Shown: piece after piece, positions 46,010 to 56,600 of the stretch
Layout of the letters: the number at the start of each line of letters is the position of its first letter
How positions within the stretch are numbered: position 1 is the first letter of the stretch
Assembly: GCF_044704955.1 (NCBI RefSeq)
Contig: NW_027252026.1
Span: 186,001-250,000, forward strand
Source: Pristiophorus japonicus
Lineage: Eukaryota
Length of the DNA stretch: 64,000 bases
Direction of reading: 5' to 3'
Position numbers and translations under genes: made by a program
The notes under the pieces: generated by a model
The model's database searches: none
Seen by the model: only the letters and a program-made list of their open reading frames with translations
Told to the model about the DNA's origin: nothing

Positions 46010-46100
46010 TGCCTTTGGTGGCACTCGAACTCTCAACTTTTGAATGCTTTACAAACATCCTGATTCGAAGTCCAATGCGCTATCCATTGCGCCACGAGAG
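46010..46100 (-). tRNA. Degenerate intron-containing tRNA-Arg (pseudo-tRNA/SINE head); anticodon reads TCG
   Basis: GTGGCGCAATGGATAGCGCATTGGACTTCGA[19-nt intron 46046-46064]ATTCAAAAGTTGAGAGTTCGAGTGCCACCA matches the body of vertebrate tRNA-Arg(TCT). The T and acceptor stems are mispaired. Confidence 0.85.
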
Positions 46101-49100
46101 GGATGGAGTACAAAAGCAGGGAGGTCCTTCTGCAACTGTACAGGGTATTGGTGAGGCCGCACCTGGAGTACTGCGTGCAGTTTTGGTCACCTTACTTAAG
46201 GAAGGATATACTAGCTTTGGAGGGGGTACAGAGATGATTCACTAGGCTGATTCCGGAGATGAGGGGGTTACCTGATGATGATAGATTGAGTCAACTGGGT
46301 CTTTACTCATTGGAGTTCAGAAGGATGAGGGGTGATCTTATGGAAACATTTAAAATAATGAAAGGGATAGACAAGATAGAGGCAGAGAGGTTGTTTCCAC
46401 TGGTCGGGGAGACTAGAACTAGGGGGCACAGCCTCAAAATACAGGGGAGCCAATTTAAAACCGAGTTGAGAAGGAATTTCTTCTCCCAGAGGGTTGTGAA
46501 TCTGTGGAATTCTCTGCCCAAGGAAGCAATTGAGGCTAGCTCATTGAATGTATTCAAATCACAGATAGATAGATTTTTAGCCAATAAGGGAATTAAGGGT
46601 TACGGGGAGCGGGCGGGTAAGTGGAGCTGAGTCCACGGCCAGATCAGCCATGATCTTGTTTAACGGCGGAGCAGGCTCGAGGGGCTAGATGGCCTACTCC
46701 TGTTCCTAATTCTTATGTTCTTATGTACTCAAATCCCCTCGCTATGAAGGCCAACATGCCATTTGCTTTCTCAACCGCCTGCTGTACCTGCATGCCAATC
46801 TTCAATGACTGATGTACCATGACACCCAGGTCTCGTTGCACCTCCCCTTTTCCGAATCTGTCACCATTCAGATAATAGTCTGTCTCTCTGTTTTTACCAC
46901 CAAAGTGGATAACCTCATATTTCTATACTTTATTCATATAACAATTTGCACGGTACATTGGAAGGCATTTCTGTACATTTGGATGCAGTCAGCAATTCCA
47001 TACAATACATTTGGATGCTGACGACAGTTCCGTCAATACATTTGCTTGCTGGGTCATAATCAGGTGTAAAGCTGTTGTTGAATTCTAGTGCATCCAGTCA
47101 TTTTAATCTCAAGCCCAGGGGTTTTTGACCAACACAGTTACATCAAGGTAACTGGACGGGTCAAACTGTGACATCACAGGGCAAGCCTGACCCTACCCTA
47201 TGCATCACAGTGAGATCAGGCATCACAATAGGTTTGTAACCTGGGGCTACCTGAGACACAAGCAGTTTCAGTGAAGGAAAGCACTGACTGAGACTAACTG
47301 GCTGATCTCTCTAGCAGTGAATGTGGCCGGATACAATATCTCACCATTTTAATTTTATGAAGAGAACACGATGAAAACATCATCAACCAGCAGATTAGAG
47401 AGAAGGTTGTGAGCTTTGAAAGGTTGGGATTAACCTATTGATCTTGTATTATCATTTGTGAAAGTCAGAATGAGCAACATAACGAGTTTAATAGATACAG
47501 TAATACTGGTGCACAGTAGCTTGTTGGAACAGTTCATTTTGTTGTTATTTGATCTTCTTTGGGGTTGTTAATAGTTAGTCTGGAGCCTGTTGCCTGCTCA
47601 CAGATGGTTACTGAGTCCCACTCTCAGCTCCCTCACTAACCAGACTCTCCCAGCCCTTGCGTTTGGTGCTCACTCCATGTTCTGTAAATGTAGACAACTA
47701 CTTATCATTGATAGACCTCCCGACGCATTGCTCAGGACAGTCTGCAGGGTGAGCAACAGTCACACATGTAACTGGGCCCCACTGAGAGAAGGGGGCACGG
47801 AGAAGGCAAACAATCCCATCATTGCCCATTGCCCGCACACCCGACTCTCTGGGTCATAACCAAGTGCAAAGCGGTTATTGTATTCCAGCACATCCAACCT
47901 AAGGCTCAAGGCTTTTTGGCCAAACACCGTTGCATCAAAGTGAGGCCCTTTCACTGGACGGGTCAAACTGTGACATCACAGGGCAAGCTTGACCCTACCC
48001 TGTGCATCACGTGATCACTGACATCATGATAGGTTTGTAAACAGGGGCAACATGCGGCAGAAGAGGCTGCACAAGCAGTTTCAGTGAAGGAAAGGGAGCT
48101 GTACTGACTGTGACTAACTGGATGATCTCTCTAGGAGTGAATGTGGCCGGCTAGAAGACCTGGTGAAGGGAGCGTGAACAATGGAATCATCACTAACCAG
48201 CTGACAGTCGGAAGGGTGTTGCTGTGGAAGGTTTGTTTATTCCAGCTAGAACTGGGAGGCATAATCTTAGAATAAGGGCCGCCCATTTAAAACTGAGATG
48301 AGGAGGAATTTCTTCTCTCAGAGGGTTGTAAATCTGTGGAATTCACTGCCTCAGATTGCTTTGGATGCTGGGTCATTGAATGGATTTAAGGCAGAGATAG
48401 AGAATTTCTTAACTGATAAGGGATTAAGGGGTTATGGGGAGCGGGCAGGGAAATGGACCTGAGTCCATGATCGGATCAGCCATGATCATATTAAATAGTG
48501 GAGCAGGCTCGAGGGGCCGAATGGCCTACTCCTGCTCCTATTTCTTATGTTCTTATGTTCTTATGTTCTTATGACTGCTGCACCACCATTGATCTGAGCG
48601 TCCAGCACTCCAAACCCAAGAAACACAAACGCTGTTTCAGAAGGACATTGGAGTGCGAGAGTCATCCTCCACCCAGAGATGTGGGCACGGAGAAGGCAAA
48701 CAAGTTTATCATTGTCCATCGCCCGAGCACCCTTATCTCTGGGACATAACCAAGTGTAAAGCTGTTATTGCATTCTAGCGCATCTTGTCCTTGTAATCTG
48801 AAGCCCAGGGGATTCTGGCCAAACACAGTTACATCAAGGTGAGGCCCTTTCACTGGACGGGTCAAACTGTGACATCACAGGGCAAGCCTGACCCTACCCT
48901 GTGCATCACGTGATCACTGACATCACGATAGGTTTGTAAACTGGGGCAACATGAGGCAGAAGAGGCTGCACAAGCAGTTTCAGTGAAGGAAAGGGAGCTG
49001 TACTGACTGTGACTAACTGGCTGATTTCTCTAGGAGTGAATGTGGCCGGCTAGAAGACCTGGTGAAGGGAGTGTGAACAATGGAATCATCACTAACCAGC

Positions 49101-50598
49101 TGACAGTCGGAAGGGTGTTGCTGTGGAAGGTTTGTTTATTCCAGCTAGAACTGGGAGGCATAATCTTAGAATAAGGGCCGCCCACTTAAAACTGAGATGA
49201 GAAGGAATTTCTTCTCTCAGAGGGTTGTAAATCTGTGGAATTCACAGACTCAGAGTGCTTTGGATGCTGGGACATTGAATGGATTTAAGACAGAGATAGA
49301 CTGTTTCTTAACTGATAAGGGATTAAGGGGTTATGGGGAGCGGGCAGGGAAATGGACCTGAGTCCATGATCATATTAAATAGTGGAGCAGGCTCGAGGGG
49401 CCGAATGGCCTACTCCTGCTCCTATTTCTTATGTTCTTATGACTGCTGCACCACCATTGATCTGAGCGTCCAGCACTCCAAACCCAAGATACACAAACGC
49501 TGTTTCAGAAGGACATTGGAGTGCTAGAGTCATCCTCCACCCAGAGATGTGGGCACGGAGAAGGCAAACAAGTTTATCATTGTCCATCGCCCGAGCACCC
49601 TCTTCTCTGGGACATAACCAAGTGTAAAGCTGTTATTGCATTCTAGCGCATCTTGTCCTTGTAATCTAAAGCCCAGGGGATTCTGGCCAAACACAGTTAC
49701 ATCAAGGTGAGGCCCTTTCACTGGACGGGTCAAACTGTGACATCACAGGGCAAGCCTGACTCTACCCGATGCATCACGTGATCACTGACATCACGATAGG
49801 TTTGTAAACAGGGGCAACATGAGGCAGAAGAGGCTGCACAAGCAGTTTCAGTGAAGGAAAGGGAGCTGTACTGACTGTGACTAACTGGCTGATCTCTCTA
49901 GGAGTGAATGTGGCCGGCTAGAAGACCTGGTGAAGGGAGCGTGAACAATGGAATCATCACTAACCAGCTGACAGTCAGAAGGGTGTTGCTGTAGAAGGTT
50001 TGTTTAATCCAGCTTGTATAATTCCCTGTGAAAGTCAGAGTGTGTAACAATATAACCCACTGCAGTGACCATGCAGACATCAATGTTCAAACCCTGGGAA
50101 CTGAAACCAGATCAGTACTCGCTCGTTGTTCTGATCAACTGGGATAATCTGTGGGACAAGGAGTCGATGGGAAACTCTTGTCCCAGCTGTTACTGGTGCC
50201 CTCTGACCTTGTCAATCCCTGGGTCCTTGTCAAGGACTTGCTCCCAGGTCAGCTGGCTCAGGTACTGCCACCAATAGCCCTCCGATTGTCAGAGAAATTC
50301 CTTGTCCCAATGATCCTGGTTCACCTGATGGCATTGCCGCCATTCTGGACCATCTCTCGGATTCTGAAGAAGGTGTAAATTCCCCAACTCCACAACCTTT
50401 AATACTCAGGTGGCAGCAGAATCTGTGGCCAGTGACATTACATGGAAAGAAACACGTTGATAGTTTTGCCCCCAGAATCTGCATTAAACATTTACAGCTT
50501 CAATGGTTTACTGTACAATGCTCGTTCTAAAGTACCTGTCGTTGTCTTGTTGTGATCCAGTGATTTAAAAACAAATCTGTCATTTGTTCTTCTGCTAG

Positions 50599-50670
50599 AG
50601 GTACACGGTTGGCGTCAGGATGAGAGAGAGAAAATGGGCGGTTTCATCAAAGTACCTCCAGACTAAAGTT
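50599..50670 (+). other. Candidate short exon downstream of the repeat array
   Basis: Polypyrimidine acceptor ttgttcttctgctAG, donor GTGAGT at 50671, ATGs at 50620 and 50634. Confidence 0.3.
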
Positions 50671-50899
50671 GTGAGTAACAAAACCACAAAGACAAGTGGA
50701 TCAGACACACAAGAGAGAGCACATCGTGACAGAAATCAAATCAATGCCAGCAGAGAAACCACAGGAGCGGGCGGTGTAACTGAAATTATCCCGATGCCCT
50801 CCCTCTGTGTCCCATCCATTTCTCAGTACCAACTCCACACCTTTCAATTTGTGTTTCATTTAACGGCCAGTATCCCCCCTTCCCCAGAGACCCATCTAG

Positions 50900-51990
50900 T
50901 CCTCATGTCCCTGCACCGGCAACAAGCACCAACCCTGCTCCAACTCCAGGCTCAGTTTGGCAATGCTTGGGGTGAACTGCACTGGCACTGGGTAAAGCCC
51001 AGTCTGTGCCATCATCTCCAACCAGTGCCATCCAGGGGTCCACCTCGGGACTTAACAGGAAAGTCTCAAGCATGGACGCTCTGGTTGTTGCCCCGAGACT
51101 TCCCAGAATTCAGAGGGAGCCCTCCCCTGGCACCAGCTGGCTCGGAGGAGTCCGTGACTGCTGGTACCAGGATCTCTCCCAATTCCTATGGGGCATCGAG
51201 GTTCCAAGGGCTCTCACTCCAAGGGAGGATATGTGTGCCTCAGTGGTACCTCCCCCACGAGGCGGGGGCTCATGTCTGCAGGGTCTAACTCAATCGGCCT
51301 TTGTATTCATGAGCCTGTAACTAATCGCTTCCGAAGGCAGGAAGCCTCCAGGTAGCTTTCTCGGGCTGAACCGGCAGGAAGGCTGATCGTGAGGCCCTCA
51401 TCTCTGTTCCCAGAGCCTCACTATCAACCTTCCCTGTCTCTTCAGCCCGAGGCAGCTTCCCAGAGCCATCCCACCTTCGGATGCCAAGCTGGGAGCCTGA
51501 GTCGGACCAGCACCTCCAGTCTTTTGGGCTTTTTCATATATTTAACACAAGGGTGACGAATCTGAAACTGTGGGTTCCAGAAGTCCCTTCACTTGGGGGT
51601 TTGTGTCTTTACTTGGGGTTTACTCAGGCTGTTTCTGTATTCATCCGACCAATTTCCAGGGCACTTCGGGTGGACTGCTGTAGCAGAACCTTCATCGTTC
51701 CCAGAATTGATGGCATGAATCGCAGAATTGATGGAACGAATCCCAAAACCGCTCACCCTCAAGCAGCAGGTTTTAAAAATGCCAATGCGCAGACCCCACA
51801 CCCATTCACGGAGCGGAGCGAGCTCTGCCCACACCAGGTGGTGCTCCGAGCATGGCTCCAGCTGTATGGAAGCCGCCAGAATGTGGGTGACGTAAGCCCG
51901 GGAAATGTAAAGATACTTGTTTCTAAACCTTCCTCCTCTCGATGTTGTAGCCCACCCCATCTATAGGCCCCTTCCACTCACCATCACCAA
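50900..51990 (-). mobile_element. Tx1/L1-clade LINE relic
   Basis: Endonuclease end (YISRAYV...PCSEHHLVWAEL) followed by degenerate linker and SPGLDG-type sequence. A further remnant may lie at ~50100-50400. Confidence 0.6.
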
Positions 51991-51999
51991 TCCTTTCTT

Positions 52000-53650
52000 A
52001 TATTTAAGGAGGGAGATGAAACATGTCCAGGGAACTATAGATCAGTCAGCTTAACATTAGTCGTAGGAAAAATAATGCAATCCCTACTAAAGGAGAAAAT
52101 AGAAGCACATCTAGAAACCAAAAATATAATAATGGATAGCAGCCTGGATTTCAAAAGGAAATGTCTTGCTTGACCAGCCTCATTGAAAAGGTAACAGAGA
52201 GAGTAGATAAGGGCAATGCAGTAGATGTCATTTATCTAGATTTTCAAAAAGCCTTCAATAAGGTACCACAAAATAGACTAAAATATAAGGTCAGAGAAGG
52301 TGGAGTCAGGAGACAAGTAACAGAATGGATAGCTAGCTGGCCTCAAGACAGAAAGCAGAGAGGAGGGGTAAAGGGTAGCTATTGACAGTGGCAGAATGTG
52401 GGGAGTGGTGTTCTACAAGGATCAGTGCTGGGACCAATGTTGTTCACAATTTATATTAACGATTTAGACTTTGGAATCAAAGACACAATTTCTAAATTTG
52501 CCGATGACACTAAATTGGAGGGTAGTCAATACTGAGGAGGACCGCAACAAATTATAAAGGAGGACATTAATAAACTTGCAGAATGGGCATCTACTTGGCA
52601 AATTAATTTCAAACAGAAAAATGTGAGGTGTTACATTTTGGTGGGAAGAATAAGGAGGTCACTTATTGTTTGGATCGTGCGAGTCTGGGTGGGGTCGAGG
52701 AACAAAGGGATCTCGGAGTACAAATACACCAATTGATGAAAGTTGTGACACAGACTAACAAGGCCATAAAATAAGCAAACCAGGCACTGGGGTTTATTTC
52801 TAGAGGGACAGAATTGAAAAGTAGCGAAGCTATGCTAAACTTGTATCAAACCTTGGTTAGACCACACTTGGAGCACTGCGTACAATTCTGGTCACCATAT
52901 TACAGATAGGATATAGAGGCACTGGAGCGGGTGCAGAGAAGACTTACAAGGATGATATTGAAATGCGAGGGTAAACCTATCAGAAAGTGATGAACAGGCT
53001 GGGTCTCTTTTTGCTTGATAAAAGAAGGCTGAGGGGTAACCAATAGAGATCTTTAAAATGATGAAAGGTTTTGATCGAGTAGTTACAGAGAGAATGTTTT
53101 CACTCGAGGACATCAATATAAGATAGTCACCCACAAATCAATTAGGAATTCAGAAGAAACTTCTTTACCCAGAGAATAGTGAGATGTGGAGTAGTTGAGG
53201 CAAATAGTATCGATGTATTTAAGGGGAGGCTAGATGAGATATGTGTACACACTAGGTCCGTGCAGCAGAGCTGGTTTCTAATCGTCTTGGTCAACCCTTG
53301 CCATTGGACCAAGACCTCGCTCTGTCAAGCCCATGTGGTGGCTGGTGTGCAACGGCCACCAGATTTTAAAAACATCCAAGCACAGGCATCTTCCAACCTT
53401 GAGGATGTAGTTCGGGGTCTTCATTGAAACACCTGTGAACTCATCCTTTTTTGGCGTGGAAGCAAGTCATCCTCATTTCGAGGGACTGCCTATGATGATT
53501 GATTGAGAAGTATAGAAGGGAGAAGTGAATCGAGGGTTATCCTGATAGTTAGATGAGTGGAGACAGGGGGAGGCTCGAGTGGAGTATAAACGCCAGCATG
53601 GACTGGTTTAGCCGAATGGCCTGTTTCTGTGCTGTATTCCTATGTAATCA
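52000..53650 (+). mobile_element. Old CR1 ORF2 3' half
   Basis: DVIYLDFQKAF, QGSVLGP and KFADDTK remnants; 3' UTR lies after the SINE. Confidence 0.85.
53239..53500 (+). mobile_element. Short non-autonomous retroposon with RTE-type 3' tail
   Basis: Its end, GTGGAAGCAAGTCATCCTC...GAGGGACTGCCTATGATGA, is shared with the RTE 3' ends at ~56050-56095; a related copy lies at 10840-10953. Confidence 0.7.
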
Positions 53651-56600
53651 TTCACCTCCATTAGCCTTTACAAGGCTTTATCCGGACCGCAATGTCCTTT
53701 GCACCATGATCGCCTATCATTCCAGATTAGGACCTGGAATGCAGGGAGGTAACCTTCGATACCCGTTCCAGCTCCACCTCCCCAAGCAGTGATCAGCAGC
53801 CTCGGGTGTGAATGGTACAATAGGACATTGTAGACTTTCAGACTCGGTGAGGGGCAAGTCAGCATGTCTACACTCAGACTGTATGACAGTAGTCCGGTAT
53901 TTCTACAGTCTGGGACCCACTCCTGGGTCCCTCTGTCAAGTTGACGTGTTGCTTCCCATTGGTGCTTGAATGACGGGGTGACACTCTTGCTGCCACATTT
54001 GTCCTGGGTGGAGGTCATCATCATAGGCAGTCCCTCGGAATAGAGGAAGACTTGCTTCCACTCCTCAAGTGAGTTATTTGGTGGCTGAATAGTCCAATAC
54101 GAGAGCCACAGACTCTGTCACAGGTGGGACAGATAGTCGTTGAGGGTAAGGGAGTGTGGGACTGGTTTGCCGCATGCTCTTTCCGCCGTCTGTGCTTGAT
54201 TTCCGCACGCTCTCGGCGTTGAGACTCGAAGTGTTCAACACCCTCCCGATGCACTTTCTCCACTTAGGACGGACTTTGGCCAGGGACTCCGAGGTGTCAG
54301 TGATGATGTCGCACTTTATCAGTGAGGCTATGAGGGTGTCCTTGCAATGGTTCCGCTGCCCACCTTTGGCTCATTTGCCGTGAAGGAGCTCAGCATCGAT
54401 CACTTGCCTTGGGAGTCTCGTGTCTGACATGCGAACTTTGTGGCCTGCCCAGCCAAGCTGACCGAGTGTGGTCAGTGCTTCAATGCTGGGGGGATGTTAG
54501 CCTGGATGAGGACGCTAATGTTGGTGTGCCTGTCCTCCGAGGGGATTTGTAGGATCTTGCGGAGACATCGTTGGTGATATATCTCCAGCGAATTGAGGTG
54601 TCTTCTGTACATCGTCCATGCCCCTAAGCCATACAGGAGGTTGGGTATTACTACAGCCCTGTAGACCTTGAGCTTGGTGCTAGATTTGAGGGCCTGGTCT
54701 TTGAACAGTTTTTTTCTCAGGCAGCCGAGGGTTGCACTGGCTCACTGGAGGGAGTGTTGTATCTCTGCATCACTGTCTGCTTTTGTTGACAAGAGGCTCT
54801 CGAGGTATGGGAAATGATGCACGTTGTTGAGGGCCGTGGATCTTGATGACTGGGGGCAGTGCTGTGCGGTGAGGACAGGCTGGTGGAGGAACTTTATCTT
54901 ACGGATGTTTAGCGTAAGGCCCATGCTTTCGTATGCCTCAGTAAATACGTCGACTCTATTCTGGAGTTCAGCCTCAGAATGTGCGCAGACACAGGAGGCC
55001 AGGCTCCACCTCACAGTCAACAAGCTCCCCGCTGGAGTGGAACTAAACTACAGAACCAGTGGGAAGCTGTTTAACCCACGCTGCCTCCAGGCCAGGACCA
55101 AGATCACCCCAACCTCTGTCGCTGAGCTACAGTACGCGGATGCCGCCTGCATCTGCACACATTCTGAGGCTGAACTTCAGGTTACAGTCGACGTATTTAC
55201 TGAGGCATACGAAAGCATGGGCCCTACGCTAAATATCCATAAGACAAAGGTCCTCCACCAGCCTGTCCTTGCCACAAAGCACTGCCCCGAGTCATCAAGA
55301 TCCACGGCGCGGCCCTCAACAACGTGGACCATGTCCCTTACCTCAGGAACCTCTTATCAACAAAAGCAGACAGTGATGCGGAGATTCAACACCGCCTCCA
55401 GTGCGCCAGTGCAGCCTTCGGCCACCTGAGGAAAAGAGTGTTTGAAGACCAGGCCCTCAAATCTACCACTAAGCTCATGGTCTACAGGGCTGTAGTAATA
55501 CCCGCCCTCCTGTATGGCTTAGGGGCATCGACGATGTACAGAAGAGACCTCAATTCGCTGGAGATATATCATCAATGATGTCTCCGCAAGATCCTTCATA
55601 TCCCGTGGGAGGACAGACGCACCAACATCAGTGTCCTTGCCTAGGTTAACATCCCCAGCTTGGGCAGGTCACTTAGTTCGCATGCCAGACAGGATGCTCC
55701 CAAAGCAAGCGCTCTATGTGGCGCACCTTCATGGCAACGAGCCAAAGGTGGGCAGTGGAAACGTTACAAGGACACCCTCAAAGCCTCCCTGGTGAAGTGT
55801 GACATCACCACCGACACCTGGGAGACCCTGGCCGAAGACCGTCCTAGGTGGAGAAAGTGCATTCGGGAGGGTGTTGAGTTCTTCGAATCTCAACGCTGCG
55901 AGTGTGAAGAGGTCAGGTGCAGGCAGCGGAAGGGGCGTGTGGTAAATCAGTGCCACCCCACCCTTTCCACGACGAATGTCTGTCCCACCTGTGACAGGGT
56001 CTGTGGTTCTCGTGTTGGACTGTTCAGCCACTAAAGAACTCACTTTAGTAGTGGAAGCAAGTCTTCCTCGATTCCGAGAGACTGCCTCTGATGATTGATT
56101 GAGATAAGCATTTCAGGGAGAAGTGACCAGAGAGTTATCCTGATAGTTAAATGAGGGGAGACAGGGGGGAGGCTCGAGTGGACCATAAACGCTAGCATGG
56201 ACTGGTTGAGCCGAATGGCCTGTTTCTGTGCTGTAATCGATGTAATCATTCACCTCCATTAGACTTTACAATGCTTTATCCAGACCGTAATGTCCTTTGT
56301 ACCATCTAGTCCATCATTCCCGATTAGGACCTGGAATGCAGGGCAGTAACCTTCGAAACCCGTTCCAGCTCCACGTCCCCAAACAGTGATCAGCAGCCTC
56401 AGGATGTGAATGGTCCAATAGGACAGTGTACACTTTCAGTCTCAGTGCCGGGCAAGTCAGCATGTCTACAGACAGACTGTATGACAGTAGTCTGGTATTT
56501 CTACAGTGTGGGACCCCCTCCTGGGTCCCTCTGTCAAGTTGACGTGTTACTTCCCATTGGTGCTTGAACGACGGGGTGACACTCTTGCTACCACATTTGG

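Larger units (their letters stand above)
44666..46917 (-). mobile_element. CR1 3' fragment (-) containing a nested CR1 (+) at ~45295-46725
   Basis: Orientation switches at tgtact (~45289-45294) and back at tgtact (~46724-46729), consistent with a TSD. Confidence 0.85.
41898..50020 (+). repeat. Tandem/segmental array of a ~0.8-0.9-kb unit (7 complete cores + 1 truncated unit)
   Basis: Core TGACATCACAGGGCAAG at 42222, 43021, 43896, 47169, 47971, 48870 and 49738. Block ~42060-44640 recurs about 4.95 kb downstream. Several units end in a ~300-bp CR1 3' end. Confidence 0.92.

Noticed and set aside
45910-46100. Functional 5S rRNA or tRNA genes
   Set aside because: The 5S is 3'-truncated and diverged, the tRNA stems are mispaired, and both are embedded in a LINE.
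50620-51288. 222-aa ORF as a host gene
   Set aside because: It runs through a splice donor into the antisense strand of a Tx1-like relic and has no recognisable domain.
53650-54016. Repeated unique ~370-bp spacer in the RTE array as an exon or ncRNA
   Set aside because: No splice sites, ORF or RNA motif that I can support are conserved across units.
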